Source: Haliotis cracherodii (taxonomy: Eukaryota). Taken from it: a stretch of DNA of 64,000 bases. The position numbers and the translations under genes were made by a program. The DNA lies in the NCBI RefSeq assembly GCF_022045235.1, contig NW_027266297.1:15376001-15440000 (forward strand), given 5' to 3'. Below are positions 37,672 to 51,822 of this stretch, piece after piece. The notes beneath the pieces are model-generated. The model saw only the letters and a program-made list of their open reading frames with translations. It did no database searches and was not told the origin of the DNA. Numbering within the stretch: position 1 is the first letter of the stretch; the number at the start of each line of letters is the position of its first letter.

Positions 37672-40600
37672 GTAAGTTATTTGTGAACAGTTACACTAAT
37701 CATGCTTATGGAGCTTTTTGAGTCAGATGTATATAATGGCTGTATGTTTTGTAACCTTAGGACATTTCAGCATCAAATCAATATGCTACATGACAGTTAT
37801 GCTGGTTCCTGAATGTTTACTAGTACTTTCAAAGGTATATATGACATTCATTGATTCATGTGTGTTGCTATACAGTATGCAAGAAAAGGGTGGACATCTG
37901 GTTAACATGTTTTTCTGGTAGAGCTATACCAGGGATTTTCATCTAAGTTCCTGGCTAAATAATTTGTGAAAAAGTGTTTCGTGCAAAAGGGTAGTCTGTC
38001 ATAGTCTATCATACAAATATATCCAATACAGCCAATGCAAGTCTATAATGTTTAGCAATCTGGATTACTGCGGTGTCTGGGCTCCTTTTTATTATATTTT
38101 TATTGAGATAATTTAACAACTTTTTTTTCATGTAAGATATGTTCATTTTAGAGATTAGATGTTAGTCTAGCAAAAGGGTTGCTGATCAGGTATTTCATGG
38201 CTTTCAAAGTTATAAAGTATTAATTCCTTTGTGCAAGACATGCCATCTTTGTAAAGTTAAAGCATAAGAATGTCATTTGCATTAACTGAACATGCTGAAG
38301 TCAAGTGGACATTTTTGCTGACATTTGCTGTAGTCTCGGAATCGAATATCAACTCGAGTACACCTAGAAATAGGCCTGTGTTACCATTATTGTAATAATC
38401 AATATTCATCATAACCTGCTTTCACTAAAGGTATGTATTTAGATATCCAACACTGAAATCACTGTAACTTGGTTGTGATCAAAACCGTCATGGAAGGCAC
38501 TGGTAGTCTACATCAGGGAGACATGGAACTACTGGTCCATTGGTCCGAGACTTGTGAAAATTTGGAGGGACTTGTTGTTTATCCACAAACCTAGTTATGT
38601 TACATAAGATACTTGTCAGAAATAACCTGCATACTACTTTGAAATGACCAATGGTTCCTACACCGGCTATGTCATAAAAATATATAGGCTGGAAGAATAT
38701 ATATCTCTGGGTTTTTTTCTGTTATCAGCAGTAACAGAATGATCAAGGCAGTTTTTCTGGTCATAGCAGCCTTTTTGTGATGTACTAGTACTGGTTACAC
38801 ATCTGATTAATGATGTCAATTTCATTGATCCATGTCTCGATCATTAGATCCTTGATGGATTGAATCACAGAGAAATCAGTTTACCCTTTCTCGTTAATAC
38901 CTTGATAGGAGCCTTTGGGTCATCCATTATGTGTATTTTATGTAATGAAAACCCTGTATGAATCTACCCATCATGCTGCAAGCAGAATGATGTAGATTTC
39001 GAATCATATGTCGAATATATATACATATTATGCACCTGTCATTGATGACTTAGACTGTGAGATGCACTGAAATTGACACAGGCGTTTTGCTATGTATTTC
39101 ATGGTTTTATATTCATTGGTGTCTCGTGTGATAAAGATTCCGATTATTCTTCTAGTTATTAATTATTCTGTGGAGTATAATGAATCATATTTCATAGAAA
39201 TGGATGGTGATGGTAGACATATGATCTGACTTCTCTCTTGTATTGATTGCAGATTTTGCCACTGTTGTACACAGCTGTAAGGAACGTGTCTGTAGACGTT
39301 CCATCAATTCTATTTTGTAAAATGAATTGGACTTTGTGCTGTAAAAACGTTGTCAAATGGGATTTGAAAAGTGGAAATCTTCCAGCCTTTATACTGTGCA
39401 TGAATTTTTTCTATATTTCGAATTTGAAATATGTTGCCCATGGATATGGATACTGCATGTTTTGTTTACGAATTGTGATAAATATTTATGAGAACAAGTT
39501 CTATGTAGCTGTTCGTGCTCTGCATTCAACTGATGAAGCAGGCTCAGTTGTCACAGAGACATATGACCTTGATGACGTCATCCATTGTATCATGATGTAG
39601 CATTCCAGAGTAACGTCATGTCTGTCTCACACATGTGACAGCTGAGGTAGGAGAGTGCAACAGAAAATTTAGATTCTGAACCAATTTTCGTAATTCTATT
39701 CGAACGTCAGAACACCAACAATCAAAATGATTAGATCAGAAAATCGCTACAAACCTATCACTGACTTGTATTGTCCATTTGGAAATATGGGTTTGATGAG
39801 TCTGTGGTACTGTTTGCCAGCTTGCAGGAATTTCCTTTTCTGACAAAGTTCTCCACTTCCCCAATGTATTGAAACAGGTCTATGCTGCCTGGAACTTGAA
39901 TCAAGTCCAGTTTTTCTTTATCTTGTAGGCCACCTGACATTCAGATTCCTCTGACGTGACCTTCTTGTAATGGATGTTTTCTATAAAGCTGTTTTATAGG
40001 GCACCAGGAATGTCTCAATGAACAAAGCTCTATGATAGGGCTCATGCAGCTAGAATTCCCAGTAAGCATAGCAAAATTTTCAGGAAAAATTCTTTGAATG
40101 TGTTTAAAAGATACCTGTGATTTTCTTGTGATGATACTGGGAAATGTTTGGCAGTGTGCTAGAACTGCTGTTAATGCCGGGTTGAAGTTCTTGTGCAGGA
40201 TTGTATCAATACTTCACCACCTCTTCAGTAACTGCTTTCCGCTTTGTTGGTTGTTTAATGTCACCCTAGGCAATATTCCAGCCATGTGACGGCAGGGCAA
40301 ATGAGCAGTTGTCAATTATTTGATCTTTTGATGAGCCAGCAGTTGCATGTTCTTCATTAAGGCACCTGATGCAGTGGGTGCATGTATATGTAATGACAGT
40401 TATCAACTTATCATTTGGTTGGCAGCTGTTGCATTATCATCAACAGTAACTGAAACTGAAAAAAATTGTGTTTGTGTCAGCAGATTGTGAAAGTTGCTGA
40501 TATGCATATGATCCAGTTGTGATCCAGTTATGATCCTGGGTTTGAAATAAGCGTAAGTCTGCTTGCCCAAGGCTAGTAAAAACCAGGTACCATTTCCTTG

Positions 40601-40710
40601 TAAACTACCACTTTTCCCAGAGGCAGAGTGAAGCCTGTAGCAGAATCTATTTGGGAAATGGTGAAAACTAATTTCTAACACTGAAGTATCATTATGTTAT
40701 GGCCCAAAAA

Positions 40711-41067
40711 TACCGCCTCCGTGGTCTAGTGGTAGAGCGTCCGCCCGGAGAGCGGAAGGTCCGGGGTTCGATCCCCAGCCATGTCATACCAAAAGACGTT
40801 AAAAGATGGTACTTGTTGTTACCCTGTCTGGCGCTCGGAATTAAGGGGCTAAAACCAGGACTGGTTGGCTCGGAGTCAGTATACTGTGTCTGAGTGGGAT
40901 ATTCATGTTAAACTGCGGCATGGTATCTCAGTGAGCTAGCACTATAAATCGGCATCAGTCCTGACTAGTACAAGCAGCCACACAAACACACGCACGTACA
41001 TGCACATCGCTATATAAGTGCAATAATCTTGGACGCGACGTTTAACCCCATTTCACCTCACCTCACC
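40711..41067 (+). mobile_element. SINE family C: tRNA head plus V-domain-like core (V-SINE/RUDI-like), about 355 bp
   Basis: A box TGGTCTAGTGG, B box GGTTCGATCCC; GTCATACCAAAAGAC..AAAAGATGG..CCTG..TGGCGCTCGG resembles the V-SINE domain (recalled); TSD TTATGGCCC(A/C)AAAAT; (TCACC)n tail. Confidence 0.85.
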
Positions 41068-42011
41068 TTATGGCCCCAAAATCTATATTATACCTTTTTG
41101 TATACATGATAAAAGGCACTATAATATCAATATCTCATTTACAAGAAGGGGTGGGTCCTATTCAATAGCCAGTCTGAAATTATGAAATGGTATAGAAATT
41201 GCAAATAACATACGATTAAGCTAAAAAGAAAGAATATCCATAAGTCTCAGGGTAGAATAATGAGTATACAATTACTATCTCGCACAACACAGTTCCTAAG
41301 GCCGTCAGTGGTGAAACATTTCATATGCTGAAACTCATCTTTGAAAGTAAGCATGATAAACAAAATATGTTTATCCTAAATCATATTTTGCGCATACCTT
41401 TATTTTAAAACATACGAGTGAGAAGGGCTGTATGTTTCAAAACATATGTTGCAAGCTACCTACCTATATCATGTCATAATGAGCTATGTGTCGAATTTTG
41501 GTTGTCGATTTTGTAATTAACAAGATGAGCAATGCACACAGTGCGTGTTCTCAAGGTCTGTAAGTGCTGTACGTTGCCTCCCTGCATTGTGTCATAACAA
41601 GAAAATGTTGTTGTAGTTGCCATGGAAACGGACCTGTGTTACTGCAGTAATGAGACTCAGCGCTTCCTCTGCTGTGACAGCAACAAATTTCTTCTGCTCG
41701 GTGTCAGGTTTCGCTTGTGTTATGCCAGTGTGTCCTAGAAACAGCTTTGTTATGTTCGGTGATATGTTTCAGGAAATGTCATTATGCTGGTGTAGTGTCA
41801 TCTATCTTCTTCCATATGGAGTGCTGTGCTTCATTACGTTCTATTAGTCAATTTAACATGTACTGGTTTTAAGCTTTGGAATATGTTTTTCATCAACTAA
41901 ATTGTCAAAGACAAATGATACAGTGAAAAATTTGATGTCATAATGCAAAGTATTGATTACATGCAGAATTAAGTTAATAATGAATACTTTGATATCTTCA
42001 CTTACCTTTGT

Positions 42012-42033
42012 GGGGGGGGGGGGGGGGGGGGGG
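42012..42033 (+). repeat. Poly-G tract (G22)
   Basis: Read directly. Confidence 0.95.
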
Positions 42034-42141
42034 ATGGAAATGTGATGATGTTGTCATTAAGAGTTTCCTGTTAGTTGTTCTCATTCCTCTCTACCCATCA
42101 GGGTTTTAAATTAACAGAAGTGCTCTAGTCCAAGACTAGAA

Positions 42142-42312
42142 ATGAGTGAGTGAGTGAGTATGGTTTTACCGTGCTTTTAGCAATATTCCAGCAATGTCAT
42201 GGCGGGGAACACCAGAAATGGGCTTCACACATTGTACCCATGTCGGGAATCGATCCCAGGCCTTTGGCGTGACGAGCAAACGCTTTAACCGCTAGGCTAC
42301 CTGACCGCCCCC
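42142..42312 (-). mobile_element. SINE family B inserted in a degraded MITE
   Basis: TSD GACTAGAA. Confidence 0.85.
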
Positions 42313-43329
42313 TAGGACTAGAAGTCTGTGCCAAAGACTTTTATGTCTGTTAGGCCAAACAAGGCTTTATTTTTCAGTAGATTTTAGTGTTGCTATAGAG
42401 ATAGGTAGTAGCTAAGCTTACTAGACAATACAGAGTTTCACTTGGACTAGTACTGGACTGAACAGACTGGACTCATGACTAGAAAAGTTCAGGAAGGACT
42501 ACCACTTTTACCATTGTGAAAAGTGCAACTCTGTCGCGGATCTCAGTTATGGTTACTGGTGCAAATAAAAATTAAACAATGCCGATAGTGGCAGTAAGGT
42601 AGCATCCTGGTTAAAACATTTGCTTTCCATGGTGAGAACCCTGGTTTGATCTCTCTCATGCTAGTCATGGTACAATGTACGTAGCCCTGTGTCCCTTGCC
42701 TCCATATTGCTAGAATATTGCTAAAATTGAATCAATATTCTCTGACCATGTTGATCGACCACCTGTATTCTCCGACAACGACTCTGCTACAGGATAAATT
42801 ATGACCCTTTGTTTTAGTTTGAATCGAAATGCAATTCTATATAAATTGCATTTATGACTTGGCAGCCTAAACTCATTTATATTTGTCCTTATGGGAAGAA
42901 CTCGAAGAGACAGTCATTACTGTTAAAAGGTACTTGTTATCCAAAGTATGAATATATCATGGAAATATCCCAATATCCATTACCAAAGCCATAGAAACAA
43001 ATTCAAAGGTCATCATGTCAGATGGAATGTCGTGGTGCTCATGACTGTGATAAAACAATAGGATGGTGATGGGAGATATGCAGGGGCATGGGGCCATTGT
43101 GTTGTGACTAACCCATTAGGATGGAATAGCATGGGACTTGTGGTACAGTGGTAGATGGCAGACTCACTGGCCAGTCCTTGATAGGTGAATTCCCTGTAGA
43201 CACCTCATGTATACAGCCTGAGAGGTCACCAACTGTGAGGGGTGGGGGTGGGGGGTGGTGATTCCTTGGGTCAGGGGTGTAGCAATACGTCAACAGGTGG
43301 CATATGTCCTTAAGTCATGTCACCTTGGA

Positions 43330-43484
43330 CAGTGGTAGAAACTAACATGTTTAGTCCATTAGTCCTTATAATGATAACATAGAGCAAAACCCTTCATAAC
43401 AGCAAATGTCTATGGGTCCTTATGATACCTTACTATTGAGCAGTTTGGCAAGGATTATAGGACTCGCGCCAATTTCTCATGCTG
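43330..43484 (-). mobile_element. 5-bp-TSD MITE copy
   Basis: Reverse-orientation copy; flanks TTGGA/TTGTA. Confidence 0.75.
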
Positions 43485-44171
43485 TTGTATTAGGTAGAGA
43501 AAAACAATGTTTCAATCCGTTTACTTGAAAATCAAACATACCAACATTTGTGACTTAACAAGGACACACGCGATCGCACGCACGCACGCACAAACGCACG
43601 CACAAACGCACGCATGCACATCCCCCCACCCACCATTCACCACCATTTTTGACAATAACACTGGTCTATGAAATCTTTTATTACACAGTACATTATCTGC
43701 TCTAAGTTTCTTTTCTGAATAGATCAAGCAAGCTGCTTTTTCAGAAAATAGATTGATTTTGGTTCCTAATGTATGTATATTCCACAGTCATGGTACAGGC
43801 CTAGCAATTGTCTTTCTGACTTAGCTATCTGACAAGGCCTAGATTCTGTCCATGTTTGCAAGCAAATATCTTCTGCAAAAAATAAGGTGTTATCTCTGAC
43901 TTTTGATAAGAAAACAGGTAGTTTCCAAGGCTCAACTAGTTGTTGTGTTTTTGTGTTACTTGGAATTGGTTTGGATTTTATCATTGATCATTGGTTATTA
44001 TTTGTGATCCAAACAATCAAACACTGGTTAAGTTTGGTTGTGTTGTCTTGCGGCTGAATTTACTTTTTGACAGACATTTAATGTCTAATCAGGATTTGAA
44101 ATTAAGGGGATTCCTTGACGTTTTCTCCTCTATCATTGTATCTATATCTCAAACGTTTTAATATGGGTTAT

Positions 44172-44326
44172 CAGTGTTAGAAATTGGCACTACTCCTGTA
44201 GTCCTTGCCAAACTACCCAATAGTTAAGGTATCATAAGGACTAGTAGAAATTTGCCATTTTAGTGGTTTTGCTATATGTTATCATTATAAGGAATATTGG
44301 ACTGAAACTGTCAGTTTCTAACGCTG
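44172..44326 (+). mobile_element. 5-bp-TSD MITE copy
   Basis: TIR CAGTGTTAGAAA/TTTCTAACGCTG; TSD GTTAT. Confidence 0.85.
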
Positions 44327-47300
44327 GTTATGAGAAGGACCACTTGACTTGATTATTTTTGAATACTGCAAACACGTTTATTTGAAATTTTAAGATTCTT
44401 ATTTGATAAATGAAGATGCTTGATTGGTCGTGCATGGATGAAGATGAATGCCATTGTGGAATTATTTACAGATCTTAGGAAACTTTTTGAATATAATAAA
44501 AAAAAATGATTATATAGATGATGGACTGTTATAATAGGTCCTTGCTGGGTATAGAGTATGTAACCAATTATCGATAATGTATCATTGGGGCATCACTATC
44601 ATCAGCTTCAGTGGAGATAGATGGCTACCTTATGTGTAGATTATGTGTATACAACGTGCTGTGTCTCCTACACTATCATTACGAGTGGGCGTGATACAGC
44701 ACTCTCCGTCATGTTACAGACCCTGTCTAATCCCTGGTTACTCAAGCATGGCGTGTAGGTCATTCTCATTCCTTCTCCACAGGCTCTGTCCTTCATCTTT
44801 GACCTCATTCTCAGGGTGACATTTAAAGTCAACATCATTTGACAGGCATGTCCTAGAATTGATGGGTTGTTTTTTTCATTTTGACTCGTTTATTTGGAAA
44901 GTATTGACTTTTAGGGAACTGTAATGCACTGCTAAGAAATTGGTCATGTCAAAATCTATTCTTATGGTGTTAACAGTTATTAAATTGGAATCTATCAATT
45001 TAAAGTTATAGCTGTGATATTTCATGCTTGTCTAAACCAAAGAAGGTTTTCTGGGAACAAACAATTCAACAGGTGTTTTCATGGTGAGGAACAAATAAGA
45101 AATCAATGATGCTACTTCCATGACAAATTTTAGAATAAAGTTTAAAAAAAGGGAAAATGTTTGGTAATCTGTTTTCATCCTTGTATTGATTGAAAGAGGT
45201 GTTTCATTAACATGGAAAGATGTTGCTATAGCTAACAGCGTAATTCAAGACCATTTCCTGATTTCAAAGGCTTCTTCAGGATGTGTGGGAGTTCCTGTTT
45301 TTTCCCTAAAGATGTCCACAGCTAATTATATATCTCCTTGTAACTCGTTGTACAAGTCGTAGTATGATGTCAATGTACGTAAGTGATTCACATTACATGT
45401 TTATATCTCCTCCTCTGGTATGTGCTTATGAGAGCTGCCCAGATGGTGGAGGTAAGACGTAGGTAATGATGCAGGTATGTGGCCGCTCCCTCTTCCACAA
45501 CCTGAATCACAGTCAGGCCAACATTGTGTGTGTATGTTTTAAGTAGGACGCAGTATCACATCATCCTTTCAAAGAAGATGTATCTGAATTTTCTCATTTC
45601 ACTAAAATGTGTTTTTCTTTTCTTTTCTTTTCTTTTCTTTTTTGGTCAGATGGATTTTTGTTGAACTGAGAAAATAAAACGGTTTGTTTTGTTATACTTG
45701 GAGTGAAAATCGAGTGGACTGATAAAAAACATTTTGATTAAATATGGTACCATTGTGACATTAGTCAGAATGAATAATATTGCAATAGCCTTGCTCCAAG
45801 TCTGTACTGAATGATAAGTACATGGGTGTATAGTTATTCTTATCTTAGAATCGTCAAGTCTGGATAGGCTGACAGTAAGAACGCCAGTTTTTTATAGGGA
45901 CAACTTTTTCTTTTTATTGATATAATCAAGACTTTATGATTTAAACTAATAATCATGTCCTTAGAGACTTTTACAAGTCCGGATACTGGAGATTCAATGG
46001 AACCTGCTGTGCACAGTTGTGTCCCTTAGTAGCCTGGATTCGCTATCGGTGGGTCTAATTCAACCCATTAATTATTCTTTGCTTATCAGCATCTTACATG
46101 TTTGTGGATTTCACCAAAGTGGTAAACGTCTAAGACCTGGTCACTTGGGGCTTTCCTCACACATTAGCTGACACACTGGTATATGATAATAATGTTAGGA
46201 GCCCCAGTCACTAACTCATACAGATGCTAGTGGAGCACTGACAGTTTTCTGATGTGAATTATTCCGAGGATGTTATTTGATATAAGAACTTACTGGAATG
46301 TGACAGGAAATGGCCAAGAGAGGATGTAGACCACACCTTAAAACACAGTTTTTAGGGAAGTGTTAACAATGGATCCTTAAGTAGTTCGATTATTTCTATG
46401 AGCTGTTATCTTTTTTCAGATCCATATCACGAAGCCGATCATATTTCACTTCCTTTCCCTATCTTAATATATTACATTTGTTAGATGCTGACATTTGAAA
46501 TTATTGCTCTTGTTTTTTAGTATACTATGTCCATTAAAAAAAGAGTCTTTTCACTTATTGAACCTTGTTTCAGATCCATGTAATCAGAATCAGTGCATTC
46601 ATTTCTTTTGTCAGTGATTTAAAATGATAAAAACTTATTTTATCAAAAAACTAGTTGGTATGCATGACAATCTACACTCTTCAGCATGAAAGTCAAGGGA
46701 TCCTTGTACAGCTGCCTATAGGGATCGATAATAAGAATTATCGTCGATGGAAATAAATATTAACAATTATCGATATGAAAATGGTGTCATCAATAATATC
46801 TCACATAAACTATTGTGATGATATAACATTTTAATTTACTGAAGCAGACCTGTTTTTGTCCATTGCCGAAGATGGCAAGCAATTGATTTTGTTATATCTA
46901 ATATGTCCACAAAGTAATCCATGCTTAAATGTGTCACCACTCACCAGAGACGTGAAAAATGTTGTTTGTCTCTGAGCCTTTTGCATATTTGTTCAAAGTT
47001 ACTTGTCCATTATTTATCCATAACTGATCGATATTTAGCTAACAATATAGATAGCCAGCCCTTGGTCCTTGTCATGACCCTAATGTTACAAGGTAAAGAT
47101 TCAGGGGTTTCCTAGATTCAGATACCCTAGAAGAACAGGAAGATCGATGGACACCCTTGATTTCGAACACTGTGTTATGTCAGCACTTTTAGGTCATACT
47201 TTCAAAGACATTCATACTCATATTGAGAATAAGTGTAACTGTTTCCTTCTCATTGATTTATGTCCACATCCTTCAAAGCCGTTCACTGATATATGTCCTC

Positions 47301-47877
47301 GGACCATGTAACCATGAACCAATCTGGAGGACGATATCCGCTTCTTTAATCCAAGATAAAGGCCAAGTTACAAGGCAGACATGTAGCCACGTCCACATAG
47401 CCTGGTGTTGTTAACCATGCAGATGGCCAGCATCACCGAAGCCCATTACCCTGTGTTCAGACACTGTTCAGCATGCTGATTGTGCCAAGGCCAACTCTTC
47501 TCTAAGTGTGTTATCAATACTTTATAGGAAGCAATAGAATGTTCAACCTTGTCTGGACTGTATTAGGCCAGGAACCCTACCAACTGAATGATTTATACTT
47601 CGCATTGGGGGGTACGTTCAATGCTTGACTGTTCTTGGCATAGTCCTGATGGTAAAAATATTGGATTTAGGGGTACCATTGATTTAAATACCATAGTCAT
47701 GCCTTATGCAGTTCTTGGAATTAATTATAAGGGTCCTAGTCATGGTCCTAATGTACGGGTAATAAAGTACAGATGTAAGGGGTTCTCCGATTCATGTACA
47801 TGTACTGTTGCAAACAAACCTCAAGGACTCAAGGTCCTCATTAGTTTTGAACACTACAAGGACTCCACTTAACTTCT

Positions 47878-48179
47878 GACCGCCTCCGTGGTCTAGTGGT
47901 AGAGCCTCCGCCCGGAGAGCGGAAGGTCCGGGGTTTGATCCAAGGCCGCGTCATACCAAAAGACGTTAAAAGATGATACTTGTTGTTACCCTGTCTGGTG
48001 CTTGGCATTAAGGGGCTAAAACAAGGACTGGTTGGCTCGGAGTCAGTACACTGAGTGGGGTATTCATGTTAAACTGCGGCGTGGTATCTCAGTGAGCTAG
48101 CATTATAAATCGGCATCAGTCCGGACTAGTACAAGCAGCCACACATACATGTACATGCACGTCGCTATATAAGTGCAAT
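47878..48179 (+). mobile_element. SINE family C, 3' end lost, fused to a family-A 3' fragment
   Basis: Near-identical to 40711-41020. Confidence 0.85.
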
Positions 48180-51100
48180 GAGAATGTGAATCATTGGATT
48201 GTTTGGTCCAGACTCTTTTAATTACAGGTCACTCTCACATAGCTGGAATATCACTGAGTACGACATGAAACAACCAATCATGTTGATTTAAGGAACTCTT
48301 ACATAACTCTGATGCTTTGTTGAAACAATGTAAATCACAATTTCATTGGGAACCATCCCCATGGTGTATCAGTGTGTGACTATAGATACATGTCAAGAAT
48401 CTGTGCACTTACGTTGTCAGTTTCAAAGCAATTTACTCAAACTTATGATAATGACTACAATTAAAAGTAACAAATGCAGTATGATATATGATTAGTTTAT
48501 TGATGTGTTAATTGATAGTAGGGCTTATTTGTTTGCATTCAGTTAGTTTAGTCATGGTTAATGAGTTGTTAATGAAGCTGTAAATAAATCACTGTCGTTT
48601 CAATGACAAGTGTTGATAGTTAGACGGACCGGCATGTGGCCAGTCTGACCACTGGAGAGCCTCAGGGCAGTGATGACGTCACAGCATGTTGTATGACATA
48701 ATCACAGAGAGACATAGATAGGTTGTCACCACCCACACACTTACCTCTGTGATGGAAGATGGCTGTTTAGTTTTACAAACGATGATGACTGATGTTCACA
48801 GTTGAGTCATTCTTCATTCAGCTTAACATGCCCTGAGCAACCTGCTAACATGATGCACTGGGTAATGCTGACCTTGTGTCTGATTGTACACAGAAATACA
48901 TGTGCAGTCCATGATAAGGCCGTCTCCCCACATAACTGGATAGCTTGTTCCTGAAAAGGTCATGCCATGTTAGGGTATCATCACAGTGAACTGGATGTCT
49001 TGTAATACATGTATGGGATACAAGCTTTTTATGCAACATGCCTAATCTAATGAGCCTGCAGCTTTAGCTACAAGTCAGATGCCCGAGTCGAGGAACATTT
49101 TCTCCGTTCGAGTAAAGTCAGATAATATTTGTCCATGAATTATCACAAAAATCTGGTGAGAGACAATTTGGGGCTAGTAGACATGTTTTTGGGCATATAT
49201 GTTGTAAATAACTTATTATTTTCTTTTACATATAGGCTATACCTGTATTAGATTTTCTCGTCATCAGTGTGCAAATTTTGCCATTTGTCCAAAGCCTTTG
49301 CCTTGTAGACACAGCTAATAATTCAGTCAAGACTTAAACAACTGAAAACATTTGTGAAAGTCAAGTTTGGGATAGTTGATGCAAAAGTATTTGGCCCAAA
49401 CCGAAATAAAGGCTGATATTGCCATGGTAACTGTGTTCGAAACTAAGACTGAAATAAAAGGGATACTTGTAGTTGGGATTTGGTGGGTCTCTTGATTCAA
49501 ATACCATAGTTTTCATAAACCACAAGGACCTCTAGACTCCCTTTCGTCTGTTTGGCATATCCATTCATTATCACAATGTTTTTATTCCTGTTGAACTTTC
49601 CAATATTTTAATAAATAATATTTAACCAGATGTAAGAAAGTTTGCACAGCATAATGTTTCAAGATATTTATCACTTGAATATTTTCTCATTAAACAATAT
49701 GAACGAGAAGAGGTAATTTCATCAAATTTAGTCCTTTGAAAGCTGAGAAGGAAACATTAATTTCAATAAAACCGTATGTTGATGTCATGTCTTGTTCCCC
49801 GTAATATGAAACTCTTAGATATGAATATCCATTTCTCTCTGAAAAAGGGACTACAATAAATGAATATTTGAATTTGACCTCTCATGAATGTCAGTTAACT
49901 GGTAACGTCTGGTGTAGAAACATTTGGTTCGCATATTGCCCTCGACAATTTGGTTGTATCCGTTTTACAATGAAACAACTGTGAGTTGCCGATAGTTTCT
50001 GAATGGAAGTTATTCATTCTTGAAGCAGGTTACAGCTTACAAAGTGATAACAGCCACATTTTCCAATGTCCAAAAATGTAGTTTGTTTATCCTCTGTGTT
50101 TGTGGTTGTGGTAATGGATACTGGCTGCTCAAACTGTATTTCAAATTTGAATCTACCGGTAGCTGTTTTTGGTTTGGATTTGAGTGTGTGTCAATTACAC
50201 ACAAAGGTCATAAGCACATCCAGGATGGATTACCCACATGGGTACATGTGATATTGTTCAAAATTGGATTAATTTGGAAACTTTAAATTCAAATTGGGAA
50301 TGTTTACTCTCATCTGCTGCGGACTTCGTCCGAATATCAGCCTCTGAACAGGTCAAGATAAATCCCTATTTATAATGGCCTTATTATTAGCTGATGTTTC
50401 ATTTTGATGATTTGTGCCAGATTGTAGCCACATAATAAAGACCACCAGATTTGGAAATCTCTACTGTATTGTGACTCTACACTCCTGTAGCATTTCAACC
50501 ATACTCGTGCCTCTGTTTTTGTACTTTTGATTTGATGATAAAATATTTAAGACCATGTGCACTCTGATTTAATGCTTGTTATATTTGCCAACTATTAAAT
50601 TGCCAACCCCGTCAGTTATTGATCGTTATGCAATCGTTAATTATAGACCAGGGTAGCACTTGTCTTCAACTCATGAAATCTGTCTGTTGCCTGATTCCGA
50701 GTCATGAAGCTGTACTTAAACATGTTATGTCTTTCTTCAGGAATGTAGAAGTAGTAATCGGTTAGACAAATGTCCTGGGTGCCATTGTACAAAACGATCT
50801 TAGCGCTAAGGTGATCGTAACGCCCATACCTTAACTTAGGCTTACAACAGTCATAGCGCTAAGGTGGTTTTGTACAACGGCACCCTGTTCAAATGTTAAT
50901 GCAAATAACTGCTAGCACTTGAAATCGGTTGAGATGTCCTCGTTGATTGTTGGGATTTCAAACTGATTTTATAATTTATGATTGGTTCCAATGTTTGCTT
51001 TATTTTTCACAATATATCATATATGTCTAATATTTTTTCCTTGATTTGACACATTTGCAATGTTGATACTTTTGTGATTGTCATTTTTGAATGTCGAATG

Positions 51101-51310
51101 TTAAATGTTAAATGATGATTGCCTTTATGTGTAATTATGTGTAAATTTAATGAATGGTTACGCATTTAATCTAAATTTTCAAGGTTAATGTTATTATTAA
51201 ATGATACTTTGCTCATAAAATGAAATAACTGTCATATATGAATGAGACCTGTGAAGATCCCGGTTAGAATAGGTCCCAAACAACCTTTGCTGGTTGTACC
51301 CAAACGTATT

Positions 51311-51822
51311 TGAACGGCCTTGGTGGTCTAGTGGTAGAGCGTCCGCCCGGAAAGCGGAAGGTCCGGGGTTCGATCCCTGTCCGCGTCATACCAAAAGAGG
51401 TTAAAAGATGGTACTTGTTGTTATCCTGTCTGGCGCTTGGCATTAAGGGGCTAAAACAAGGACTGGTCGGCTCGGAGTCAGTATACTGTGTCTGAGTGGG
51501 GTATTCATGTTAAACTGCGGCATGGTATCTCAGTGAGCTAGCACTATAAATCGAGTCCGGACTAGTACACGCAGCGTTAGAAATTGGCACTAGTCCTGTA
51601 GTCCTTACGAAACTGACCAATAGTAAAGGTATCCTAAGGACTTGTAGAAATTGGCCCGTTTTAAGGGTTTTGCTATATGTTATCATTATAAGGACTAGTG
51701 GACAAAAATTGTTAGTTTCAAACCCTGACAAGCAGCCACACAAACACGTACACGTACATCTACGTCGCTATATAAGTGCAATAATCTTGGACGCGACGTT
51801 AAACCCAATTTCACCTCACCTC
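51311..51822 (+). mobile_element. SINE family C nested in family A
   Basis: 13-bp TSD ACCCAAACGTATT at 51298-51310 and 51823-51835. Confidence 0.88.
51572..51727 (+). mobile_element. 5-bp-TSD MITE copy nested in a V-type SINE
   Basis: Flanks ACACG/ACAAG duplicate the SINE consensus ACAAG. Confidence 0.85.

Noticed and set aside
39644-39662. TGAGGTAG let-7-like seed
   Set aside because: Only 8 nt match and no precursor hairpin is evident
40711-40785. tRNA genes at SINE heads (also 21929, 47878, 51311, 61446)
   Set aside because: A/B boxes are present but there is no proper acceptor stem; each continues into a shared SINE body with tail and TSD
40699-40893. Similar short ORFs at 40699, 51310, 4562 and at 18842, 21335, 54282, 60952, 61136 as gene families
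   Set aside because: They are chance translations of SINE families C and A; frames are not conserved between copies
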